From Octopus vulgaris (taxonomy: Eukaryota), in assembly GCA_951406725.2 (NCBI GenBank), contig OX597842.1, positions 29,574,001 to 29,638,000 on the forward strand: DNA of 64,000 nucleotides, given 5' to 3'. The first letter of the stretch is position 1. Each line of letters begins with the position of its first letter. Both the position numbers and the translations under genes were made by a program. The notes below the pieces were generated by a model. It was not told the origin of the DNA. It did no database searches and was given only the letters and a program-made list of their open reading frames with translations. Positions 12,345-24,837 of this stretch are shown piece by piece.

Positions 12345-15300
12345 GTAAGTTCACTTTATATTGCTTCTTCAATGTTAAATGTTTGTTTATTATTTTATAC
12401 ACAATATTAAATGTTCCTAAATAACCAGATATATTTGTCCATAATATTTCATTTCTTTCTTTACCTCTTTCCTCTAATCCTCATCATTGTCACTTTTTAT
12501 AAATATTCAACCAGACAATGAGGTATGCCAGAATTGATGGAATGTGAGTGAGAGAGAAACCCATCCTCACACACTGCAATGGAGTATTCTGGCAGGAAAT
12601 ATTCAGTCCAAGAGATGGGGGACAGATGGATCCTATAGATAAATGGTGACTTTGTCAAGAAATTCTCTTGCCATACACAGTTGAAGGTTTTACCGATGTC
12701 AAGGGCTACACTATTTCTTTTGCAGAAGTTGTCAAACATAACCAAAACATAGGAATCAGACCCCTGCTTGAAACGGCTTTATGGAACTGTTCTGGGGCTC
12801 ATTGAATAGAGAAAGATACCCAAAGGGACAAAGATGATGGTTGTTTATGACTTTTTACTTCATAATTGAAATATTGGAAGTTAGAATGACTGGCTGGTAG
12901 TCAGCAGATAGGACACTATCAGCAAGAATTATAAAACAGGGCTTCTCTAAGAGAGTAATGCTACCCTTGGGTAGGGATTGCGAAGAATTTTATAAGGACC
13001 AGAGAGCCAAGGTGGTACAAATATATGAAACTCAATGTGTAGTTGAGTTTGGATCAGAGAACCATCATGGTTAGGGAGTGGTGGGTGGAATGATTCTGTA
13101 AAATCTATAGAGATACTCTTGGTAAGAGACCAGAAAATGAGGCTTTAATTTGGAAGGGAAGACAGCTGACAAATGGTGAAATGCAGAAAAAACATCCTTT
13201 ATTTTCTTGATGACCATCATACATGTATTTCAATGGTGGGTGAATGTCTGCCAGTTAGTGAGGGTAGGTGTTTTCCTCAAGGAGAAGTCGATAGTGTTGT
13301 TTGTACAGCTGTAATACAGTTGTGTATGAACCACTCACACCTTCTTACATATTGTATGGCTACAAACTAATGTAAGCCCTGATACTGCTGCCGCATTTAG
13401 GCTCAAAATTCTGATCACTACTTTCATAATATTTCTTATTTTCTCCATTGTTTCTTTTCATTTGTGTCTACTTTTCCATAGCTGCTCATATTTAGTTGTG
13501 ATTGGTGTCGTTCCAAAGATGTCACAGATGTCTAATTACAAGTAATTACTTTGTAATAGATTCAGTGACTAACATAAATAGATTTTCAATCTTTTCCTTG
13601 AGCTTATGCATGAACTAAACAGTCTTTCTAAGCCTTTTCCAACCTTGATTTACCTGTGCTCTACACCTTTCTTGTAGATTTGCTTTCATTCTTTTCCAAG
13701 TAGATCCCACGTTGCTGTTTCACCAGACATATGACATCTGAAGATCCATGCTTCATTTCAAACATCCTGTTCTTCTCTCACCATTTCTTAAATCTCCTTC
13801 ATCATTATAGCATTAAATAAAAGTGCTACTATGCCAGACATCAGTGATAACACAGTGTAGAATTTCATGAGCTTTACCAGGGAATACTAAACTAAAATCT
13901 CTCTCCTTTGATATATTTTATATATCTTCTCTTTCTTCTCTTCAGGTCAACCAAATAGATTCTGACAGAAAACTTTCTTAATGGCAGCTTGTGAACAGGG
14001 CAGCACAAGTCTAATAGCCTTCTTGATAGAATCTGGAGCCAATATGGACATGAGTGACAAAGCAGGTCTGACCGCATTACATTATGCTGTGATTAGGTAA
14101 GGCTTGAATTAACTAAAATCTTCAGATCTGCTTTTGTTTTGAAATATTTTGCAATTCCAGACTATTTGAATATCCAAAGATACCATAATAGTGGCAGTGT
14201 GACACGATAACAGCATGATAGTAGTAACCAAATAACATCTTTTTCTCATTTTCTCCATGAATCCTCTTCATTGAATCACCAAAATCTTTTTCGTTATTTG
14301 TTGTCAAAACAGATTATTTTTGTTTTGGAGATATTCTTTGAGATCCAACAGTTCTTAAGATTGACCCAATGTGATTCAGTGTCTTCTCTTCATATTGATT
14401 ATGGAGAGATCGATCAATTTTTCTCCAAAGAAAATGTTATTTGAGATCTAAAGCAACAAGAAAGATTCTCAAGCTTGTTTTTGCAGTAAATAATCTGTAA
14501 ATTTCTTACAGAAATTATTTCTCACCTCCATCAGCAACTCAACACATTTTGAGATCTATTATATTTTGAATTGTGCTTTATAAGGTCATCTCTGGACAAT
14601 AAAACATGTTTTGAAGTTCTTGTTAGTTTCTATAGCTTCTGCAGTCACAAATTGTTCCAGAATTTTGCACAAACACACACACACCATCATCGTCATCGAA
14701 TGTTCCTTTTCCATGCTGGCATGGGTAGGAGGGTTTGATAGGAACAGACAAGTCAGAAGACCACACCAAACACTACTGTCTGCTTAGGTTTGGTTTCTAT
14801 GGCTGGACGACCTTCCTAACACCAACCACTTTGCAGAGTGTACTGGATGCCTTTTACATGCCATCAGAACCAGTGAGGTCACCAATTAATTGCGAGACAA
14901 AGACCTCTCGACTGGTTGAGGTGGTGGGGTGGGGGAGCTAATATTGCTGGAGAGAAAGGTGTCTTGCATTAGAAGAGGGACATGGCTCCTTCAGATGGAG
15001 AAGACAGAGGAGGGAAACACTAGGTTAATATCTTGTGTTTGGCCCAAGCAAAGAAAAAGGAAAAAATAGTGCAATAGGTGTGAAACAACATGTAGTAAAC
15101 GAATACTCTTACTCTTTTACTTGTTTCAGTCATTTGACTGCGGCCATGCTGGAGCACCGCCTTTAATCGAGCAACTCGACCCCGGGACTTATTCTTGTAA
15201 GCCCAGTACTTATTCTATCAGTCTCTTTTGCTGAACCACTAAGTGACAGGGACATAAACACACCAGCATCGGTTGTCAAGCAATGCTAGGGGGACACAGA

Positions 15301-15655
15301 CACACAAACACACACGCACACATATATATATATACATATATACGACGAGCTTCTTTCAGTTTCCGTCTACCAAATCCACTCATAAGGCTTTGGTCGGCCT
15401 GAGGTTATAGTAGAAGACACTTGCCCAAGGTGCCACGCAGTGGGACTGAACCTGGAACCATGTGGCTGGTAAGCAAGCTACTTATCAAACAGCCACTCCT
15501 GCGCCTATGGAAAAAAAAATATGGCGAACGGAGGTGGGGAGACGACTCGGAAATTCAAATCTCACCACTTCCCCATTCGTCGGCGATCCTATGACCGCGA
15601 GTCCACTGCCCTAACCACTGGGCCATTGCGCCTCCACTCTATATCTATATATATC

Positions 15656-15729
<74 letters not shown>

Positions 15730-15999
15730 TATTTAAAATAATAATAATAATAATAATAAATATTAGGGAATAAATCCAAATTTACAGGGAAAAATCAGAC
15801 TTAGGATTGAATCCAATTTTATAGTAAAATATTATATTATATTAAATTAGAGACAAAACCACTATTAGACAAATCAAACAAAGAAAGACTTAAGCCAATA
15901 CATAAAATAATTTATATAAATTAAAATTTAACAATTATAATAATAATAATAATAAGTCTTTCTTTGTTTTGATTTGCATAATAGTGGATTTGTCTCTAA

Positions 16000-16052
<53 letters not shown>

Positions 16053-18358
16053 AATATATGATAAATAAGGGTGTGTTTATATATTCATTTATGTGTGTTA
16101 TATGACCGCCATACTTCCTTGTTGGTCACTGTTTCTTTTGGCGGTAAAAATACGTCTCGTTGCCCTTAACAACAAACTTTCTCTTGCATAGTCTGTTGCT
16201 ATGACAACATTACATTTGCAGACGTAGTTTTCCCGCCAATTACGACGTGCTGTTGTTGTTGTTGTTTTTTTAGATTGATGAGAAATCTGCTATCAATTAG
16301 TTTGTCTATAATTTTCAGACATTCCATCTTTCGCAAAAGGATTACAATACATTTTTCAATGTATACCAAATATGTAGATACTAACAACGGTACTTAATCC
16401 TTGTTTTGTATTGTACACTCGCTGGGATAAAAATATTTATACTTTATACCCTCACCTATTAATATGTGTATACACACACACGTACACATTTGTTTACTGT
16501 GTATTAACGATTATACGTATTTCAGTGGCTCATATTACTCTGTCTGTCTTTCTCTCTATATACATACATATATATATACATACACATACATGCATATATA
16601 TATATATAAATATATATATACATACACATATACACCTATATAATATTATTGACTTTGACATTTCAACTAGCGAAATATACATACATATATGTATGTATGT
16701 GGGTGTATATATGTATGTATATATATATATATAGGCATACTTACACAACTGGGCCCCCACGACGAATTTGTTTCCTTATAACTTTTAGACAGATGGATAT
16801 CTTTTGATGAAATTTCTATGACAAAAATGCTTCAGATGATGAAGATTCCAATTATATTGGAATTTGTTGTGAAAACAAATTTTCAAACGTTGAGAAGTTG
16901 ACTTAAATCCTTATAGAAACTTTCAGAAAAATGGATATTTTGTTTGTGTGAAAATTTCTACAAATCCCTTTCAAATGGATTAGATTAGGATTATATCGGA
17001 ATTTAACATGAAAAAACGTTAAATATTTGGTGGATACACACACATATATACTGACACACATCACGGTTATTTTTCCAAAGTTCATCTTTTCAGTTTCTGA
17101 TGTGTATCAGTGTATATCTCTGCGAATCCACCAAGTTTTTAAATTTTTCTTCATATTAAATTCCGATATAAGTGGAATCTTCACCATCTGAAACGGTTTT
17201 ATTGAAAATTTCATTAGAAAATATTTATTTTTTTGGAAAGAAAGCCGACTCGGGCGAACTTTCCCAAATTTCTCTCTGCACCCACTAAAAATTTTTTCTC
17301 ACAATAAATTCCAATATAATTGGAATCTTCGCCTTCTGAAGCATATTTTTGAAAGAAATTTCATTAAAAAATATCCATTTTTCTAGAAGTTACAGGGAAA
17401 CAAATTCGTCGGGGGAGCACACTTGTGTAGTTATGTCTATACAGGCATGCACGCACACAGACATATATATATATATATACACACGCGGCTGTAATATATA
17501 TATATAGGTTTTTATGCGTTTAATTGAACACGAGTGTATATTTAATGTAATTGTTAAGTGAATGTCTGTGATGTTTTATGTTTTTTCTTCCTTTCAGCCG
17601 TAAAATTGATGCTGTGGCCTCCTTAGTTTCCAGGGGAGCAAATGTTAATAAGCAGGACTCATGGGGCAACACACCTCTACATTGGGCTGTGTGGAACAAC
17701 TATGAAGATGTAGTCAAAGTCCTGTTAAGTAGCAAAGGAAATAACACTTTACAGGTTAGCGAATACAATTATATTTGTGTATATAGATATGTATATATAT
17801 GTATGTGTGTGTTATATGTATATGATGTATACATACAGTTTAGTGCCCCAAATTTCGTTTCTTCATAACTGATGATCCATATTATTTTAAATAAAACTTG
17901 CTGCAAGACTTCCTTTTCTACCCCACAAAAAAACTCACCCTTTCTTTAAATTTTTTTCCCCGACACAAATCCCGCTTTTCGGTTAAGGGAAATACGAATC
18001 TGCAAAAAAATTGGCAAAAATCGGCATTTTTAAATTACCCCCACCCCCATTTCCTTCATTCTTTACTTTTTTCACAATTTTTTTTTTTCAGAATTTGCGG
18101 AAAAATACGGAGATGATGATTCGGACAAAAATTTCAAAACATTTCTGTAGTTGGGGTTGGGGAAAAAAAGTCAAAGTTGAAGAATTTTGGAGGGGGTGGA
18201 AATTCCACTGCCGATTTTTTGGCAATTTTCCCGAACCTCCGAGTCCGAAATCGGGGTGTTTTGGCAAAAAAATTCTTTGAATAAGCAAATTTAGGTGAAA
18301 ATGGTGGTGGTGGTGGTGGGGGGACTCTTTTGAAAGTTGCTCATTTCCTTGTGTGAGA

Positions 18359-18395
<37 letters not shown>

Positions 18396-18401
18396 AGAGT
18401 G

Positions 18402-18432
<31 letters not shown>

Positions 18433-20913
18433 ATATATATATGTGTGTGTGTCTGTGGGTACAGGTATATGAACCTCATTTATTTACTCCTCTCCAAATT
18501 CATTCCACCTGTTTATTAATCTGATTCTTTCTCTTTTTTTGAAATTTTTCATTTTTGCGATGCCCCCCCCCCCATCCACTTGACGCCATCTTTAATGTCT
18601 TTATTGTTTATCTTTTTTAGGTCACTCAGCGAAATAATAAAGGTTGGACACCTCTCCATCTTGCCTCGTATTATGGACACACAGACACAGCTAAACTTCT
18701 CCTACAACAAGATGGCGCTGATGTGAGGGTGGTGGACAACGCTGGTTGGACACCTCTACATCATGCCTCGTATAATGGACACACAGACACAGCTAAACTT
18801 CTCCTACAACAAGATGGCACTGATGTGAGGGTGGTGGACAACGCTGGTTGGACACCTCTACATCATGCCTCGTATAATGGACACACAGACACAGCTAAAC
18901 TTCTCCTACAACAAGATGGCACTGATGTGAGGGTGGTGGACAACGCTGGTTGGACACCTCTACATCATGCCTCGTATAATGGACACACAGACACAGCTAA
19001 ACTTCTCCTACAACAAGATGGCACTGATGTGAGGGTGGTGACCAAATATGGTTCGACACCTCTCCATCTTGCCTGTCAGAATGGACACACAGACACAGCT
19101 AAACTTCTCCTACAACAAGATGGCACTGATGTGAGGGTGGTGACCAAATATGGTTGGACACCTCTACATCTTGCCTGTCAGAATGGACACACAGACACAG
19201 CTAAACTTCTCCTACAACAAGATGGCACTGATGTGAGGGTGGTGACCAAATATGGTTCGACACCTCTCCATCTTGCCTCACGTAATGGACACACAGACAC
19301 AGCTAAACTTCTCCTACAACAAGATGGCACTGATGTGAGGGTGGTGACCAAAGCTGGTTGGACACCTCTCCATCTTGCCTCTAATCAAGGACACACAGAC
19401 ACAGCTAAACTTCTCCTACAACAAATGGCACTGATGTGAGGGTGGTGACCAACGATGGTTGCACACCTCTCCATCTTGCCTGTCAGAATGGACACACAGA
19501 CACAGCTAAACTTCTCCTACAACAAAATGGCATCGATGCCAATAAAGTGGACAATGATGGTGACACTCCTCTCCATCTGGCAGTTCAAAAGTAAGTCCCC
19601 AATGGATTTGGATTATCCAAATCTGTTTCTTTAATGTTTTCAATAACGTTTGTTTTCTTGTTTTGAGTCATTCATGTCATAATCCCACCATGGGACGTCG
19701 TGCTTCAACTCTCTCTCTCACACTCTAATGACACTGTAACCTACTTCATTAATTAATCATCATAATTATTATTGTTGCTGTTGTTACCTGACTAGATTCT
19801 TTACTTCATCTCATCCTTCGTTACCTCAACGTTACAAGTTCAAATCTTTCCTTTTCTTCTTTTCATTCCATATAAAACACCTCACCCCCTCTCTCTTGTA
19901 ATTTTCCTCTTTCCTCTGACCCTGGGCTAAATACAGAATCATTCCCTTACAGTGTTTAGTTTGATCTGTTTATGTTCCAAGTTCAAATCCTGCCAGAGTA
20001 TTTATTAACAACCTGGAGTGAAAATCTGTACCAGTAATATCCAGGGGTTCATTTAATAAATTGTCCTCCCTCTTTTGTCTTGTTTTTGTGTCTGATTGCT
20101 GTTGGGCAAAATACCTTGTGGTATTTATTTACCACACTTTATGTTCAGAGTTCAAATCCTGCTGAGGTCACCTTGTCCTTCCATCTTTGCTAGGCTAATA
20201 AAATACAATACCAGTCATGTACTGGGGTCCTTATAATCCACATTAATGCCTCTCCCCATCCTAAATTTCATGGCTATATAACAGTTGTTCATCATACCAT
20301 ATATAGATTGCCGTGTTTACTCAGGTGTGTATATATATCGTTGATCTATAATGTAGAGAGTATATCGAATATACGAGGGGGTACCCAAAAGTGGCCGGAA
20401 ACGCTTCTGTAGGGCAAGGCCATTGAAGTTCAGGCTTCTGCTGCTGGAAGCCACTTGATGCGATACTCAGGCATCAGCCTACCAAGCGGCATCTTTGAGG
20501 ATGGTGCTGTTACCATGTGGTGCATCTTTGTTTTGTAGGGCTTCTCCCCTGTTCGAGTTTTGCAATGGCTGAAATGAAGGATCAGCTTGCTTCCATGAAA
20601 TTCTGTTTTCTGCTGGAGAAAACTGCAGCCAAAACAGTTGTCATGCTTCAAACAGTTTACGAGGACACTGCCATGATGCCACGAGCAAAACACAAGATCA
20701 CGAGTGGTTTTCATGCTTTTCAAATGGTCACTTGTCACTTGAGGTCCAACCTCATTCAGGGCAGTTCCAGCACTGCTACAAATAGTGGGAAACATGTCTG
20801 GGTCGATGCATTGCTTCAAATGGGGACTACTTTGACGGTGATAATAGTGTTAATACGTAAAACTAAGCAAAGAAAATAATATTGCAAAATTCTGGGTCCT
20901 TCTTGGTCCCCAC

Positions 20914-20954
<41 letters not shown>

Positions 20955-21574
20955 GGGTAAAATCATAAATGATTTTTACCAAGTGGTCAGCGCGGAAATA
21001 TAACCTCACAGGTAAATTTTTATAAACATTTTATAATTATATACATAATTATAACAAGGGCTTGGCTTGCTCCTCACCACGCACTGAAAAATAGACGTCA
21101 AAAGACACTATTACCACCATTAATTCCGAGGAAAACACAGTACGTGTGTTATAATCTTTATATATAAAAGTCAAGTTGTGTGTCTGTCTCCTACCCTTTA
21201 GATTCCTAACTACTCCCACATTTTGCGGTGCAGTGTAATCAAAAGTGGGTATCTTATAGTCGTGATTCATATTGAGCCGTTCTGGGTATTAGCGCGCGTC
21301 GATGATGAGTCTACGATTTAAAAAAAAATTTACCATCATTTTTTTCGATTTTAATGCATTTTTTTCGCTATTATATAAGGGAAGTAACTCTCTAAAAATG
21401 TCTACGATGAGTCAATGGTTTTTAAAAAATTTACCATTATTTTTTTTCCATTTTTAATGCATTTTTGCTATTTTTTGGCTATAACTCTCTAAAAATGCTT
21501 ATATAGTTATTTCCCTTACAAACCCGAGCAATGCCGGGCGATACTGCTAGTTATGTATATAAGTATAAAATGTT

Positions 21575-21609
<35 letters not shown>

Positions 21610-21911
21610 ATGTAGGATCCAAGGATTGAGATATAGGAAGGTGAGCTTCAAACAATCCATAGAAAATGTAAGAAACAACTTTTAGGAACAAAAGGGGTTT
21701 ATTGGGGTGCAAGGTTGTTGGTTTTTCCCTTACTGCATCTTCTGTGTTTGAACATGTGCCTCCTATTGACAGTGTAAACTTCATTTAATCAAGACACCCT
21801 TGGTCTGAAGAGTAGCCTGTGGTATACACCTCGTTTGGATATTTACCAGTTCTGATGTTCCACCTGCTTTGAAACATATGTAGCCCAGATTTTATCTACT
21901 CCATTCCTTAA

Positions 21912-21966
<55 letters not shown>

Positions 21967-24798
21967 GTATAATGTATATTTGTGTGCATGTAATTATTGA
22001 TGTAATTAGGTTATAATGACCTAATTACATTTGTTTTCATTGGTTAATCTAATAATAATAATTGTTTTTCCTCTCCTCTTTGTATAACTTTCAGGCAACA
22101 CTATGGTGTGGTATCGTTGATGCTGGCCCAGGTTAGTTAACAAATACATATTATATCCTCGCTCTAGTATTCAATATTTATATTATCAAAATACCAGTGA
22201 AATTCTGGGGGTAGATTTAATCAACTGCACTGCAGCAGCCTTTAATTAGCAGAATCTTGGGTCTGTGAAGAATAATTATGTTGGTAATAACAATGATGAT
22301 AGTAGTCGTGGTGATGACAGTCCAACTGACCACCACTGCTGATAGTACTATCTTTAATGGTCAGACAAACAAGATCATTATGAATTCGACCCATATATAT
22401 CAGATTATATATATCATCATCAACCACTCTGCCATATGCCCGTGGGCATATGGCATAGTGGTTAATAGTACGGGCTACTAACCCCAAGATTCCGAGTTCA
22501 GTTACAGGCCGTGACTTGAATAATAATAATAATAATAATATTCATAATAATAATACCATTGAAAAATACCTTTGAATGAGAACATAGGTTCGAAATTTCC
22601 TCAAGACACCTGACAAAGGCTGGAGGGTATATCAGCCGAAACATTGTGTTAACAACAAACAAGATGAGGACAAATATCCATCAAATGTAAATAATGTAAA
22701 TAATGATGATGATCATCTTTTAATGTCTGTCTCTCATGTTGTGTGTGTGTGTGTGTTATGTGTAAATTGTTGGTGTCTGCATTTTATCTTGTGTCCAATA
22801 ATTTATTTGGCTTCTTGGCTGCTTTTTTCCCTCTGCACATATGTAAAAATGTGTGTGTATATATGTATATATATATATATATGTATACCCAGAAAGAGAG
22901 TTACTCTTGTCAGACACATTGCACACTCAGATTATGCAGCAGAGATAAGTTAAAGGTCCTTGTCCCCAGCAACAAAGCTAAATGAGGGCATGCTGCAATC
23001 AGTCCCTATTGCTTCGTTAATCCATTATCATCAGTACATGATGCATCAACTTCCCTTCTCTTCTCTCCCTGCCTAACTCAACGGATTAACTACCCTTACT
23101 GTATTTGTCTACCTAACTTATTTACCTGTATTTGTATTAACATGGCTTTGCATGAATGCCGGGATGCAACACCCTCCACTGTTGGTGGTGACAAAACCTG
23201 ATTAACTCCTCTTTATAGGTATCCATACTAACACCTCTGTGCTAATGCCAGCACAACACCCACGTCCAGTGGTGTTAGCAAGCGTTACATGAATGATGCA
23301 GGATTAAATACAATGACATGCTGGCAGGAAAATGCTAATAACAACCTTTTCAGATGCTGATAGCTGCAGCCAATGTAGACAGCACTGTCGATGTAAGCAC
23401 ATGCAACAAGTATCTCGTCTTATGCGCGCCTCCCCCAAAACTGCCCCTACAAGGTCTGTCAAATGAACTGAAGGGCTGCTTCTATGACACTCTTCTGCTG
23501 GCCACTTCAAAGTTAAATGACCGTGACCTTCGTGGCTGGTGATTTCAATGGACGTGTTGGGCGGCACCCAGGTATCTTCCATGGGGTACATGGTGGGACA
23601 CAGAATTGTGGGAACAAAACCATAGCCACTATGTACCCCATGGAAGCCCCCTGCATGTTGTTCAACGTGCCCATTGAAATCGCCAGCCACAAAGAGAAGG
23701 TCCCTGTCATTCATTGACGAGGTAGTCTGCAAGAGGGTGTCATAAAATCAGTCTTTCTCTTCATCAGGTAGCCCTGGCTGAGGGTCATAAGCCAAGATAA
23801 TGGTTGCTAATCCTTGTTGCAGCACTAATCTAAACTTAAGTATTCTATCACAGACTCTGACTATCTCGATTACCTTATCAGCCCATTTCTCTGACTCCAT
23901 CAGTGTCCCCTACCCAGAAAATCTTATACTTATGTTCTTTGCCTGTGAAGAACCTAGCAGAACTTCTTCTCCACCTTGGATGCAGCACAAATCTACACGT
24001 CTCTTTTCAAGCATGTTAACAATCTCACCAGACCTACCTTTCAGTGTGCCGACGTTGAGAGTACTAACCCTGAGGGTGTTGAAGGTATGGGTCCATGAGA
24101 CCCTGGGATGGGGGACAGCGGCATCATGTACCTGAAAAGAAAGCTTGCATTTGGCAGAACCCATAAACATACAATAGTCTTAAACCTGCAAACACTACAC
24201 CATCATTTTATGCACTACATCATCACTACATTACATAGGAGATAAACCCTATATATATAAATATATGTATTTTTTAATAATATATTATTATTATTAATAT
24301 AAGTAAATCAATATGGAATTTTTCACAAAGATATACCCATTTGAAACACCATTTTACAATTTTAATTCAAATTTTTATATAAAAATATCATTCCATACAT
24401 TATTCAATATTCATATTTTATATCTCTGAAGAGGAGAAGGGTTGTCTATAAGTGCTTATCAACATAGGACTTTATTATAGGGTCAACCCTTTTGCGAAAT
24501 GATCGTAAGATGCTTAAAACTTAATTCAAAACTTTTAAACTTTCAAATTTATTTTATACATCATATTTATATTTTTTAATATTTATTTATTTATTTATAT
24601 ACATTTTTAATACATAAAGTCTTTCATATGGGTATATCTTTGTGAAAAATTCGATATTGATTTCCTTATATTAATAATAATAATATATTATTAAAAAATA
24701 TATGTATATATCGCTCATATTAAATATATAAATACTTTAATAGTATTAATATTATTTTATACAATGGAACACTTAATAAAAATTCAGTATATAATATT

Positions 24799-24837
<39 letters not shown>

